From NCBI GenBank assembly GCA_002269645.1, contig NIVC01000254.1, positions 248,001 to 312,000 of the forward strand: a DNA stretch of 64,000 bases, written 5' to 3'. The position numbers were made by a program, and so were the translations under genes. The stretch is from Macrostomum lignano. Lineage: Eukaryota. The notes below the pieces were generated by a model, which did not search any database, was not told where the DNA came from, and saw only the letters and a list, made by a program, of their open reading frames with translations. Shown here in pieces: positions 1-13,765 of this stretch; positions within the stretch are counted from its first letter, which is position 1, and each line of letters begins with the position of its first letter.

Positions 1-520
1 AAAAAACAGACGCGCAAAATACAAGCGCGCAAGGTTTCCGGTATGAGTACAAGGTCTGCTTGTAGAAAACTTCACACTGTCCTTCCAGTTTACCACCCAG
101 CGTACTGCAGCGATTAGTGATGCAATTACATCAATTATTGAAAGTATAATATCAGCCAGATAACCATTAGTAATCATTAGGCCAGAAACACATTTTTAAC
201 TGTTCCCTGTGCAGTAGAAAAAAGCTTTTAACGTGCAAGCGACTCGATCCGTGGGCAACAAGTGGGACTTGACGCGTTTAGAAATTTTGCGAAGGATTGT
301 AATCCACTTGTGAATGCATTGGCGATCAATGGATAGTTTTTATGCATTCCTATGCACACATCCATTTGCTAAATGGTTTTTCAGAAATTAACTCATCATT
401 ATTATTCTTGACTAACATAGGGGATGTCAACATCAGTACCGGGATGGAAGCCCGGAGCAAAACACCGGACCAAACCGGCTCCGGTCGATCCAGCCGATGG
501 CTAGAAACACTGAGACTGAG

Positions 521-1243
<723 letters not shown>

Positions 1244-1273
1244 GCTCTGTTAGTCAACCAGGTAAACCAAGGG

Positions 1274-1702
1274 TTATTCACCGTCGCAGGTCACCAGATG
1301 AAACTCTTCCATCACGGCCAGATGCAACGGTCTGCATGGGTTCAGTTTGGATCTGTCGAACTCAATGGTGAGAAACTCCGGCTGCTGGTGCTGATGGCAG
1401 AGTCGATGATGCAGCAGAGGCAGGGATGCTGCATCTGGTTGAACCAGTTCGACTTTGCTGTTCATAGCTGCTGCAGGAGATTGGACCTGCCACTCAGGAT
1501 AGATGAACACCAGATGTTCCTGGCCTGACTCTACTTGAGAAGATTCCGAGTTCCCCTTTGGGTGCCAGCCAGAGCAGCTGAAGTCCAGCCGAAACAGAGA
1601 TGAGGCCAATAAAAGTGCAACAGAGGCGACGGTCAGGGCGCAGGCAAAAGCCAGCAGGGCAGCGGCCACCCCAGGCGACAGGAACAGCTGACTTGTTGGC
1701 AT
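1274..1702 (-). CDS. Candidate small secreted or membrane protein (possible exon)
   Basis: 142-aa ATG ORF with a hydrophobic N-terminus (GVAAALLAFACALTVASVALLLA) and GC-rich coding-like composition between two satellites. No family recognised; HRLCH...EFD...C is only weakly PAN-like. Confidence 0.3.
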   Translation of the reverse strand: MPTSQLFLSPGVAAALLAFACALTVASVALLLASSLFRLDFSCSGWHPKGNSESSQVESGQEHLVFIYPEWQVQSPAAAMNSKVELVQPDAASLPLLHHRLCHQHQQPEFLTIEFDRSKLNPCRPLHLAVMEEFHLVTCDGE

Positions 1703-2460
1703 GTCTGACTAAACAGAATTTCATTATTTGCATCCCCATAATGCATGAAAATGATCATTTATGCAACTCAAAATGAGCCCTATATCTCGGACTCAAAATC
1801 CCCCCGCAAATGCAGCAATAACAGTATGATTCCCGGATTTTTTACAAGGAGTTGGTCTTTAATGACAGGTAGTTATTAAAGGCTTCTACTCAAGTCTGTG
1901 TTGAATTAAGAACTGAGGTGAGAGAAGAATGCAGCAGACCATGCAAAACATTGCAGTGCCATTGTTCATTGTCTTCATGGACTAACAAACAATACCGCCA
2001 CAGAGCTGACTCGCCCATGCTGAGTGACAGCTCTCAGTGAGGCTTGCAAACAAATTCTTTCTGACATGCGACAAGCTTTGAGAAATTTATTTGACAACAA
2101 CAGCTGCAGGTGCATATCGGAGAAAACATTTTGCTCATAGAAAAAGCTTTTAATTGTGGCAAATTTACTGATTGAAAAACATCGAATTGAGTTTAGAATT
2201 CTAGTTAGATTTAACAAGAGAAGTTAGGCAGCTGTAGAAAAATCTCAGAAGAAGTAAATGGAGTTCTCCGGCTTGCAGAAAATGAAGAAATATTTCTTCA
2301 TAACTAAAAGTTCTGCACGAACGAATGCAGCTAAGAGAGTCATGTTACGCTCGTTGATAATCAAATTTTGTTTGAACTCGTTGCCTGTGGCTCGTAGTTC
2401 GGCTCTAGTCGTAGTTTGTGTGTACACTACCCGAATATGGGTAATTAGGGGCTGAACTCT

Positions 2461-3388
<928 letters not shown>

Positions 3389-3397
3389 CGGCATTAG

Positions 3398-3953
3398 TCA
3401 GAACGGCGAGAAGCACTGGCACAGAACGGCTGTAACCGTTGTATAATCTTCTGCCAGATCGTTCAGCCCGCCGTCGATAAGTGCCATCGAGTTCTGATTG
3501 CCGCCAAGGACATTGTTGGGCTGTCCGGAGCCCCAGAGGGAACCGTCCAAAGACCGGTTGCATGCGATCCACTGCCAGCCCCCAGACGGCTCGGGGCTTC
3601 CTGGCAGCTGAGATCCGCCCAGCCAGAAGTCCATCTTCAGGTTGATGTTGCTGATATTTTGCACCCGAGCGAGCTGGACAGAGTCCAGAGCTTCGGCCAT
3701 GTCGGTCATGTCACCCGGCTCGGCCGCGCATCTTCTCCTGCTTGCTGTCCAGCCTCCCGTGCCAACGTAAACTCGGTACTTCATTCCGCACAAGTCGTTG
3801 GAGTAGCCAGGCGGACACAGGGAACCGAGGGCCAGGCCTGGTCGGTGACGGACCATCACTCGACCGCGGCGGGTGCAGCTGCAGTCAAGAACTGACGGAC
3901 TGCATCTGCAGGGACATGGTTTGAGTACTTTGCCACTCAAGTGCCTGGTTCCC
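3398..3953 (-). CDS. C-type lectin domain exon (3' exon of the PAN-CTL gene)
   Basis: Motifs CPPGY, W..SRRRC, FWLGG, WQW, WGSGQPNN, LND and VLCQ. A tttag acceptor (AG at 3955-3954) is phase-compatible with the upstream PAN exon. The 5' boundary is inferred. Confidence 0.8.
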
Positions 3954-4099
3954 CTAAATACTGACGGTTCATGGAGCAGAGCAGCTCAGCAGTAAACGAA
4001 TCTGACCCTCGCGCCACGACCCCTGGGGTCTGTCGTGCGATTCAGCACCCATGAGAGCCAATCCTGAAGGCTCAGGAGATTGTACATGCCTGACGATTA

Positions 4100-4440
4100 G
4101 GAGTGCTTCAGCAGAGTGAATCTCAGAATTTTTAGAGCAGGGTGACTCTCGGGAATGCTTCAGATCAGCAGGGTGACTCTCAGGAATGATTCAGCAGAGT
4201 GATTCTCAAGAATGATTCAGCAGGGTGACTCTCAGGAATGATTCAGCAGGGTGACTCTCAGGAATGATTCAGCAGGGTGACTCTCAGGAATGATTCAGCA
4301 GGGTGACTCTCAGGAATGATTCAGCAGGGTGACTCTCAGGAATGATTCAGCAGGGTGACTCTCAGGAATGATTCAGCAGGGTGACTCTCAGGAATGATTC
4401 AGCAGGGTGACTCTCAGGAATGCTTCTGAGCGACTCTCAG
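4100..4440 (+). repeat. 26-bp minisatellite (CAGCAGGGTGACTCTCAGGAATGATT) in the PAN-CTL intron
   Basis: Period of 26 seen (4221 to 4247), with degenerate flanking copies. Confidence 0.92.
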
Positions 4441-4567
4441 AAATGTTTTTAGAACATTTCTCAGGCCTAATGCATGTGAATCAAATGAATCAATGAATCA
4501 AATGCATTTAAGAGTAGACTCTAAAAACCGTTATTAAAGTTCCCAACTGGTTGAATAAACGACAAAC

Positions 4568-4845
4568 CTGTCAAAGACGAACAGCTGACAGAACCCCTCA
4601 GCCATGGTGAACGCTTGACACAGAGACTCCTGGCTGCACAACAGAGCGCAGTGCATCTCGGCCTCTGAGCTGGCAGCCCCGATGTGCACAATGTCACGGG
4701 TGTACATTCGCCGGACACACAGCAGACCCGGCGGCCTTGGCTCGTACACTGTCCGGCATTGGTGTGCAGTCGGATTCGAAATCAAACTGGCAACTAACAG
4801 CACTATCAGAACAATAGCAGCGGCTTTAACTGATGCGTTTCTCAT
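4568..4845 (-). CDS. Signal peptide + PAN/apple domain exon
   Basis: MRNASVKAAAIVLIVLLVASLIS signal peptide; CALLCSQESLCQAF...CQLF apple cysteine pattern; donor AG|GTTTGT at 4567. Confidence 0.7.
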
Positions 4846-5044
4846 AGCGATGCTGTATGAAATCATGAGTCTAAACTCCTGCCTGCTCTCGTTGATGCAC
4901 TGGCTGTATAAATACAGATTCCTTTGATTGCACAAGGGACAGCTATAGGGGATCAGATGCATCTGCGTCTGATCCAATTAAAAATGAGTCAATAAAGGAT
5001 GAGCTCAAATGATAATCCTTTGGAAATTCATGCCTTTTTTCTGG

Positions 5045-5305
5045 AAGCCAAGGGAGCCAAGGTGTACATGTACAGAGCAGGGAGCCAAGGTGTACATGTA
5101 CTGAGTAGGGAGCCAAGGTGTACATGTACTGAGCCGGGAGTAAGGTGTACATGTACTGAGCAGGGAGCCAAGGTGTACATGTACTGAGTAGGGAGCCAAG
5201 GTGTACATGTACTGAGCCGGAAGTCAAGGTGTGCATGTACTGAGTAGGGAGCCAAGGTGTACATGTACTGAGTAGGGAGCCAAGGTGTGCATGTACTGAG
5301 TAGGG
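5045..5305 (+). repeat. 28-bp minisatellite (GGGAGCCAAGGTGTACATGTACTGAGTA)
   Basis: Period of 28 seen (5163 to 5191); each unit contains the palindrome GTACATGTAC. Confidence 0.92.
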
Positions 5306-5929
5306 ACTCAATCATCAAAAGAAAACATTTAAAATGAATTAAGGTGCATATTTGCACAGACATACAAGGCCGCCATGCACACCATTTTCAAAAAAGTAAG
5401 TTGAGCAAATTTAAACCAATTTCAGTTTCTCGCTAAAATTCTTTACACAAAATATTTGACCCCAGATAGATATCGCGAATGAAAATAGGCACCCTTTAAT
5501 TCTTAACCTATGCATTACGTAGTTGAGATTAAAAGTGGGTTTTAGAATTTTTTCAACAGAGCTCGTACACCTACATAGCTAAGCTAATACTTCGAGCACA
5601 AATTCAACGGCAGCGCAGTTGAGGTGAGGACAGAGATAAAGAGAGCCCTGCCGTTCTTGTCTCCACCCGAGCATAAGCGAGCTAACTCAAAGACCAAAAC
5701 GTGCACTCTTGGCGCAATTTTCTAGATTAGAAAAGAAAACCTACTCAAAACTAGGTGAACGAAGAGCTGGGTACGAATAGACCGATGTGCTGAGAACCCA
5801 ACGAGATGAAGCATAATAAACTGTCCATTGTATGTTGAACTTTTTCCACATTGAGACTGCGCTTTGGTGTGCACTTTTGAAATTTTTGTTTGCTTGCAGT
5901 CGACACTTTTAGGGCGCATTTAGAAGTGA

Positions 5930-6325
5930 CTTTTAAGGAGTGTGTTTAGGAGTGACTCTTAGGGGTGTGGTTAGGAGTGACTCTTAGGAGGCGCGTTTAG
6001 GAGTGACTGTTTAGGGTGTGTTTAGGAGACTCTTAGGGGCGTTTAGGGGTGACTCTTAGGGTGTGTACATGACTGACTTCGGGGTGTGTTTAAGAGTGAC
6101 TCTTAGGGTGTGTTTAGGAGTGATTCTTAGGGGTGTGTTTAAGAGTGACTCTTAGAGTGTGTTTAGGAGTGACTCTTTTGGGAGTTGTTTAGGAGTGACT
6201 CTTAGGGTGTGGTTAGGAGTGACTGTTTAAGGTGTGTTTAGGAGTGACTTTTAGGGGTGTGTTTAGGGGTGACTCTTAGGGTGTGTACATGACTGACTTC
6301 GGGGTGTGTTTAGGAGTGACTTTTT
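5930..6325 (+). repeat. Degenerate 22-23-bp repeat (GTGTTTAGGAGTGACTCTTAGG)
   Basis: About 17 diverged units, read directly. Confidence 0.85.
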
Positions 6326-7219
6326 GCGTTTTAGAGTGACAGATGCGTATGTACTACATCTTACAAATCCACTAAATAACAAAAAACTCAATCAATAAGT
6401 GACACCATATAATCATTTATACTTTTTTGAAATCATTCTAACAACATGAGTCAAAGAAAGTCGGACTCAATCTTGGAGAACTGTAAAATATTTATTTATT
6501 CATTCATATTCTTGTGCTTTTTTATAGTTGCTTGCAATTGGATAGTAACTATGGCCTCTAAATATTAGTATTAGTATATGCATTATAGTTTAATCAATGC
6601 AATAGCCTCGCATATTGTGCACAGATACATACAAGATTGAGTTGTATTGTAATAAGGGTAATGGTGTTCACTTTCACTGGTGTTCACTAGCTGGTTAACA
6701 ACCGCAAACATGACTATTATGATTTGCTGGCAGTATTCGCATTGAAAATTGTACTTAACAAACCTAATATTACATATAATTGTTATCCTACAAGAGTACA
6801 ATGAGTTCCATATTGAAATGTAGTGCGCAAAGAAAATGGTTTGGTGATTTTCTTCAAAAAAAGGAGAAACGAAAACACAGAGCAACTATTTATATTCTAA
6901 CTAATAATAGCAATGATATAATTAATGGCATACCCTACAGGCTTTAGTTGGAAACTAATACAATAAAAAACATTGCCAATAACTAATTAGCAGAAGGTTA
7001 CATTAGGCTACTTACATAGTTAGGAAAGGATTAAATGAATATTCAGTAACAGCTTCTTGTCGAGTACGAAACCCCCTCCAAAAGTACGAAACGGTTAATG
7101 CATAGAACACACACACAAAGGTCTTCGTGCACCAGATTATCAGCTAAATTAGACAAATTATAACACAAGCTTTACTATCAGTTAATTGTTAAACCCTGGA
7201 TTTCTTTACTAACTTGTGT

Positions 7220-10200
7220 TCACTTTTTAGCCGCCGCAACCATCTCCATGAGCTTGTCGGTTGAGAAACTCTTGGGCCGCTCGATTGGCAGACCGAGAGC
7301 CCGGTCCCACACTAGGGAGGCCAACACTCCCAGAGCTCTGCTGACTCCGAACAGCACAGTGTAATAATTCATCTCCTTCATGCCGTAGAACTGCAGCAGC
7401 ACGCCAGAATGCGCGTCCACATTGGGCCAGGGGTTCTTCACTTTGCCCTGCTCAAGCAGGATTTCCGGTACGATCTTGAAGATCTGGCTGACAACCTGGC
7501 GGATTTTGAGGTGAATAGACAGATGTTTAACCTTGCGATCTCACAATTCTGAACCCCAGAATCTCACGATTCTTACCTCCCCCAGAATCTCACGATTCTT
7601 ACCCTCCCCCAGAATCTCACGATTCTTACCCTCCCCCAGAATCTCACGATTCTTACCTCCCCCAGAATCTCACGATTCTTACCCTCCCCCAGAATCTCAC
7701 GATTCTTACCCTCCCCAGAATCTCACGATTCTTACCCTCCCCCAGAATCTCACGATTCTTACCCTCCCCCAGAATCTCACGATTCTTACCCTCCCCCAGA
7801 ATCTCACGATTCTTACCCTCCCCAGAATCTCACGATTCTTACCCTCCCCCAGAATCTCACGATTCTTACCCCTCCCCAGAATCTCACGATTCTTACCCCT
7901 CCCCAGAATCTCACGATTCTTACCCCTCCCCAGAATCTCACGATTCTTACCCCTCCCCAGAATCTCACGATTCTTACCCCTCCCCAGAATCTCACGATTC
8001 TTACCCCTCCCCAGAATCTCACGATTCTTACCCCTCCCCAGAATCTCACGATTCTTACCCTCCCCAGAATCTCACGATTCTTACCCCTCCCCAGAATCTC
8101 ACGATTCTTACCCCTCCCCATAATCTCACGATTCTTACACCCCCAGAATCTCACGATTCTTACACCCCCAGAATCTCACGATTCTTACCCTCCCCAGAAT
8201 CTCACGATTCTTACACTCCCCAGAATCTCACGATTCTTACCCCTCCCCAGAATCTCACGATTCTTACCCCTCCCCAGAATCTCACGATTCTTACACCCCC
8301 AGAATCTCACGATTCTTACCCCTCCCCAGAATCTCACGATTCTTACCCCTCCCCAGAATCTCACGATTCTTACCCCTCCCAGAATCTCACGATTCTTACC
8401 CCTCCCCAGAATCTCACGATTCTTACCCCTCCCCAGAATCTCACGATTCTTACCCCTCCCCAGAATCTCACGATTCTTACCCCTCCCCAGAATCTCACGA
8501 TTCTTACCCCTCCCCAGAATCTCACGATTCTTACCCCTCCCCAGAATCTCACGATTCTTACCCCTCCCCAGAATCTCACGATTCTTACCCCTCCCCAGAA
8601 TCTCACGATTCTTACCCCTCCCCAGAATCTCACGATTCTTACCCCTCCCCAGAATCTCACGATTCTTACCCCTCCCCAGAATCTCACGATTCTTACCCCT
8701 CCCCAGAATCTCACGATTCTTACCCCTCCCCAGAATCTCACGATTCTTACCCCTCCCCAGAATCTCACGATTCTTACCCCTCCCCAGAATCTCACGATTC
8801 TTACCACTCCCCAGAATCTCACGATTCTTACCACTCCCCAGAATCTCACGATTCTTACCACTCCCCAGAATCTCACGATTCTTACCACTCCCCAGAATCT
8901 CACGATTCTTACCACTCCCCAGAATCTCACGATTCTTACCACTCCCCAGAATCTCACGATTCTTACCACTCCCCAGAATCTCACGATTCTTACCACTCCC
9001 CAGAATCTCACGATTCTTACCACTCCCCAGAATCTCACGATTCTTACCACTCCCCAGAATCTCACGATTCTTACCCCTCCCTAGAATCTCACGATTCTTA
9101 CCCCTCCCTAGAATCTCACGATTCTTACCCTCCCCAGAATCTCACGATTCTTACCCTCCCCAGAATCTCACGATTCTTACCCCTCCCCAGAATCTCACGA
9201 TTCTTACCCCTCCCCAGAATCTCACGATTCTTACCCCTCCAGAGAATCTCACGATTCTTACCCCTCCCCAGAATCTCACGATTCTTACCCCTCCCCAGAA
9301 TCTCACGATTCTTACCCCTCCCCCAGAATCTCACGATTCTTACCCCTCCCCAGAATCTCACGATTCTTACCCTCCCCAGAATCTCACGATTCTTACCCTC
9401 CCCAGAATCTCACGATTCTTACCCCTCCCCAGAATCTCACGATTCTTACCCCTCCCCAGAATCTCACGATTCTTACCCCTCCCCAGAATCTCACGATTCT
9501 TACCCCTCCCCAGAATCTCACGATTCTTACCCCTCCCCAGAATCTCACGATTCTTACCCCTCCCCAGAATCTCACGATTCTTACCCCTCCCCAGAATCTC
9601 ACGATTCTTACCCCTCCCCAGAATCTCACGATTCTTACCCCTCCCAGAATCTCACGATTCTTACCCCTCCCCAGAATCTCACGATTCTTACCCCTCCCCA
9701 TAATCTCACGATTCTTACACCCCCCAGAATCTCACGATTCTTACACCCCCCAGAATCTCACGATTCTTACCCTCCCCAGAATCTCACGATTCTTACACTC
9801 CCCAGAATCTCACGATTCTTACCCCTCCCCAGAATCTCACGATTCTTACCCCTCCCCAGAATCTCACGATTCTTACACCCCCCAGAATCTCACGATTCTT
9901 ACCCCTCCCCAGAATCTCACGATTCTTACCCCTCCCCAGAATCTCACGATTCTTACCCCTCCCCAGAATCTCACGATTCTTACCCCTCCCCAGAATCTCA
10001 CGATTCTTACCCCTCCCCAGAATCTCACGATTCTTACCCCTCCCCAGAATCTCACGATTCTTACCCCTCCCCAGAATCTCACGATTCTTACCCCTCCCCA
10101 GAATCTCACGATTCTTACCCCTCCCCAGAATCTCACGATTCTTACCCCTCCCCAGAATCTCACGATTCTTACCCCTCCCCAGAATCTCACGATTCTTACC

Positions 10201-13200
10201 CCTCCCCAGAATCTCACGATTCTTACCCCTCCCCAGAATCTCACGATTCTTACCCCTCCCCAGAATCTCACGATTCTTACCCCTCCCCAGAATCTCACGA
10301 TTCTTACCCCTCCCCAGAATCTCACGATTCTTACCACTCCCCAGAATCTCACGATTCTTACCACTCCCCAGAATCTCACGATTCTTACCACTCCCCAGAA
10401 TCTCACGATTCTTACCACTCCCCAGAATCTCACGATTCTTACCACTCCCCAGAATCTCACGATTCTTACCACTCCCCAGAATCTCACGATTCTTACCACT
10501 CCCCAGAATCTCACGATTCTTACCACTCCCAGAATCTCACGATTCTTACCACTCCCCAGAATCTCACGATTCTTACCACTCCCAGAATCTCACGATTCTT
10601 ACCCCTCCCTAGAATCTCACGATTCTTACCCCTCCCTAGAATCTCACGATTCTTACCCTCCCCAGAATCTCACGATTCTTACCCTCCCCAGAATCTCACG
10701 ATTCTTACCCCTCCCCAGAATCTCACGATTCTTACCCCTCCCAGAATCTCACGATTCTTACCCCTCCAGAGAATCTCACGATTCTTACCCCTCCCCAGAA
10801 TCTCACGATTCTTACCCCTCCCCAGAATCTCACGATTCTTACCCCTCCAGAGAATCTCACGATTCTTACCCCTCCCCAGAATCTCACGATTCTTACCCCT
10901 CCCCAGAATCTCACGATTCTTACCCCTCCCCAGAATCTCACGATTCTTACCCCTCCCCAGAATCTCACGATTCTTACCCCTCCCCAGAATCTCACGATTC
11001 TTACCCCTCCCAGAATCTCACGATTCTTACCCCTCCCCAGAATCTCACGATTCTTACCCCTCCCCAGAATCTCACGATTCTTACCCCTCCCCAGAATCTC
11101 ACGATTCTTACCCCTCCCCAGAATCTCACGATTCTTACCCCTCCCCAGAATCTCACGATTCTTACCCCTCCCCAGAATCTCACGATTCTTACCCCTCCCC
11201 AGAATCTCACGATTCTTACCCCTCCCCAGAATCTCACGATTCTTACCCCTCCCCAGAATCTCACGATTCTTACCCCTCCCCAGAATCTCACGATTCTTAC
11301 CCCTCCCCAGAATCTCACGATTCTTACCCCTCCCCAGAATCTCACGATTCTTACCCCTCCCCAGAATCTCACGATTCTTACCCCTCCCCAGAATCTCACG
11401 ATTCTTACCCCTCCCCAGAATCTCACGATTCTTACCCCTCCCCAGAATCTCACGATTCTTACCCCTCCCCAGAATCTCACGATTCTTACCCCTCCCCAGA
11501 ATCTCACGATTCTTACCCCTCCCCAGAATCTCACGATTCTTACCCCTCCCCAGAATCTCACGATTCTTACCCCTCCCCAGAATCTCACGATTCTTACCCC
11601 TCCCAGAATCTCACGATTCTTACCCCTCCCCAGAATCTCACGATTCTTACCCCTCCCCAGAATCTCACGATTCTTACCCCTCCCCAGAATCTCACGATTC
11701 TTACTCCCCAGAATCTCACGATTCTTACTCCCCAGAATCTCACGATTCTTACTCCCCAGAATCTCACTATTCTTACCACTAGAATTTCTTATTAATTAGC
11801 TACCTTTATTAGGGATAATTTTTATTTCTAAAATACCTTATTAATCTACTCTTTTCCTAATATAAAACCAAATTAATCTACCATAATAAACTAGTGGATC
11901 ACCCAAACACACCTTGAACATTGGATCGTTGGGCAGATGCTTGAGCGCAAACTCTCTCTGGCACATGTAGCGCGGGTCAGTCTTGCGCAGTACAGCGTGC
12001 CCGAACCCGGGCACCACCTGGCCGCTCTGCAGAGTTTTCCAAACGTACTCTTTCACTTTGTCGTCGCTAGGCGAGTTTCCAATTTCGGCTACCATGCGAG
12101 TCAGCCAGACCAGCACCTCTTGATTGGCGAGGCCGTGCAGCGGGCCGGCCAGACCGCACATTCCAGCGGCGAAGGACAGGTAAGGGTCGCTGAGTGCGCT
12201 GCCAACCAGGTGGGTGGCGTGGGCGCTAACGTTGCCGCCCTCGTGATCGGAGTGGATGGTCAGGTAGAGGCGCATGAGCTCGGTGAAGTCCTCGCTCTGG
12301 ATTTGGCAGGTAGGATGTCAATTGTCACATTTGGTGGCTTGTTAAATAGAGATCTTAGATGAGGGTGCTGGCGGCTGATCAAAGAGTGTTTAATGAGGGG
12401 GGGGGGTTGGCGGCTGGCTGATCAAAGGGTGTTTAATGAGGGGGGTTGGCGGCTGATCAAAGGGTGTTTAATGAGGGGGCTGGCGGCTGATCAAAGAGTG
12501 TTTAATGAGGGGGTTGGCGGCTGATCAAAGGGTGTTTAATGAGGGGGGGTTGGCGGCTGATCAAAGGGTGTTTAATGAGGGGGAGTTGGCGGCTGATCAA
12601 AGGGTTTTTAATGAGGGGGGGGGGTTGGCGGCTGATCAAAGGGTGTTTAATGAGGGGGGGGGGTTGGCGGCTGATCAAAGGGTGTTTAATCAGGGGGGGG
12701 TTGGCGGCTGATCAAAGGGTGTTTAATGAGGGGGGTTGGCGGCTGATCAAAGGGTGTTTAATGAGGGGGGTTGGCGGCTGATCAAAGGGTGTTTAATGAG
12801 GGGGGAGTTGGCGGCTGATCAAAGGGTTTTTAATGAGGGGGGGGGTTGGCGGCTGATCAAAGGGTGTTTAATGAGGGGGGGGGGGTTGGCGGCTGATCAA
12901 AGGGTGTCTTTAATGACGGGGTGGCTAATCTCTACATCCGGCATCTCACCTCAAATCCCATCATGCGAACGAAGTTAGCAGACCAATCCAGTTTGGGGTC
13001 GATGGCTCCAATGGATGCGCCGTCCCTGTACAGATTCTTGTAGATGATGGCCGCCACTGTGGGCAGTTTGGCGATGAGGTCCATGCTGTCCTCGAACACC
13101 AGCTCCCAGTACTTGGTCTTGGGCACGCCCTCAGCGTAGGCCTGCAATAGGGATTGATGAGGATTAATCGATGAGACAGGTGGATGGAAATGATAGGCAG

Positions 13201-13233
13201 ACAGACAGACACTAAGACAGAGACAGACAGAAC

Positions 13234-13280
<47 letters not shown>

Positions 13281-13296
13281 GGACAGATAGATAGAA

Positions 13297-13333
<37 letters not shown>

Positions 13334-13452
13334 CTAAGACAGAGACAGACAGACACTAAGACAGAGACAGACAGAACGACAGACAGACAGACAGACACTA
13401 AGACAGAGACAGACAGACAATAAGACAGAGACAGACAGAACAACAGACATGC

Positions 13453-13483
<31 letters not shown>

Positions 13484-13488
13484 TAGAA

Positions 13489-13521
<33 letters not shown>

Positions 13522-13565
13522 CTAAGACAGAGACAGACAGACAATAAGACAGAGACAGACAGAAC

Positions 13566-13599
<34 letters not shown>

Positions 13600-13613
13600 A
13601 CGACAGACAGAAC

Positions 13614-13661
<48 letters not shown>

Positions 13662-13686
13662 CACAGACAGACAGACACACAGACAG

Positions 13687-13717
<31 letters not shown>

Positions 13718-13724
13718 CACAGAC

Positions 13725-13765
<41 letters not shown>

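Noticed and set aside
5930-6325. Interstitial telomere (TTAGGG/TTAGG motifs)
   Set aside because: The motifs are parts of a longer 22-23-bp unit, not tandem hexamers.
7533-11779. Long ORFs ([15 protein letters not shown] and similar)
   Set aside because: They are translations of the 27-bp intronic satellite, whose period is a multiple of 3.
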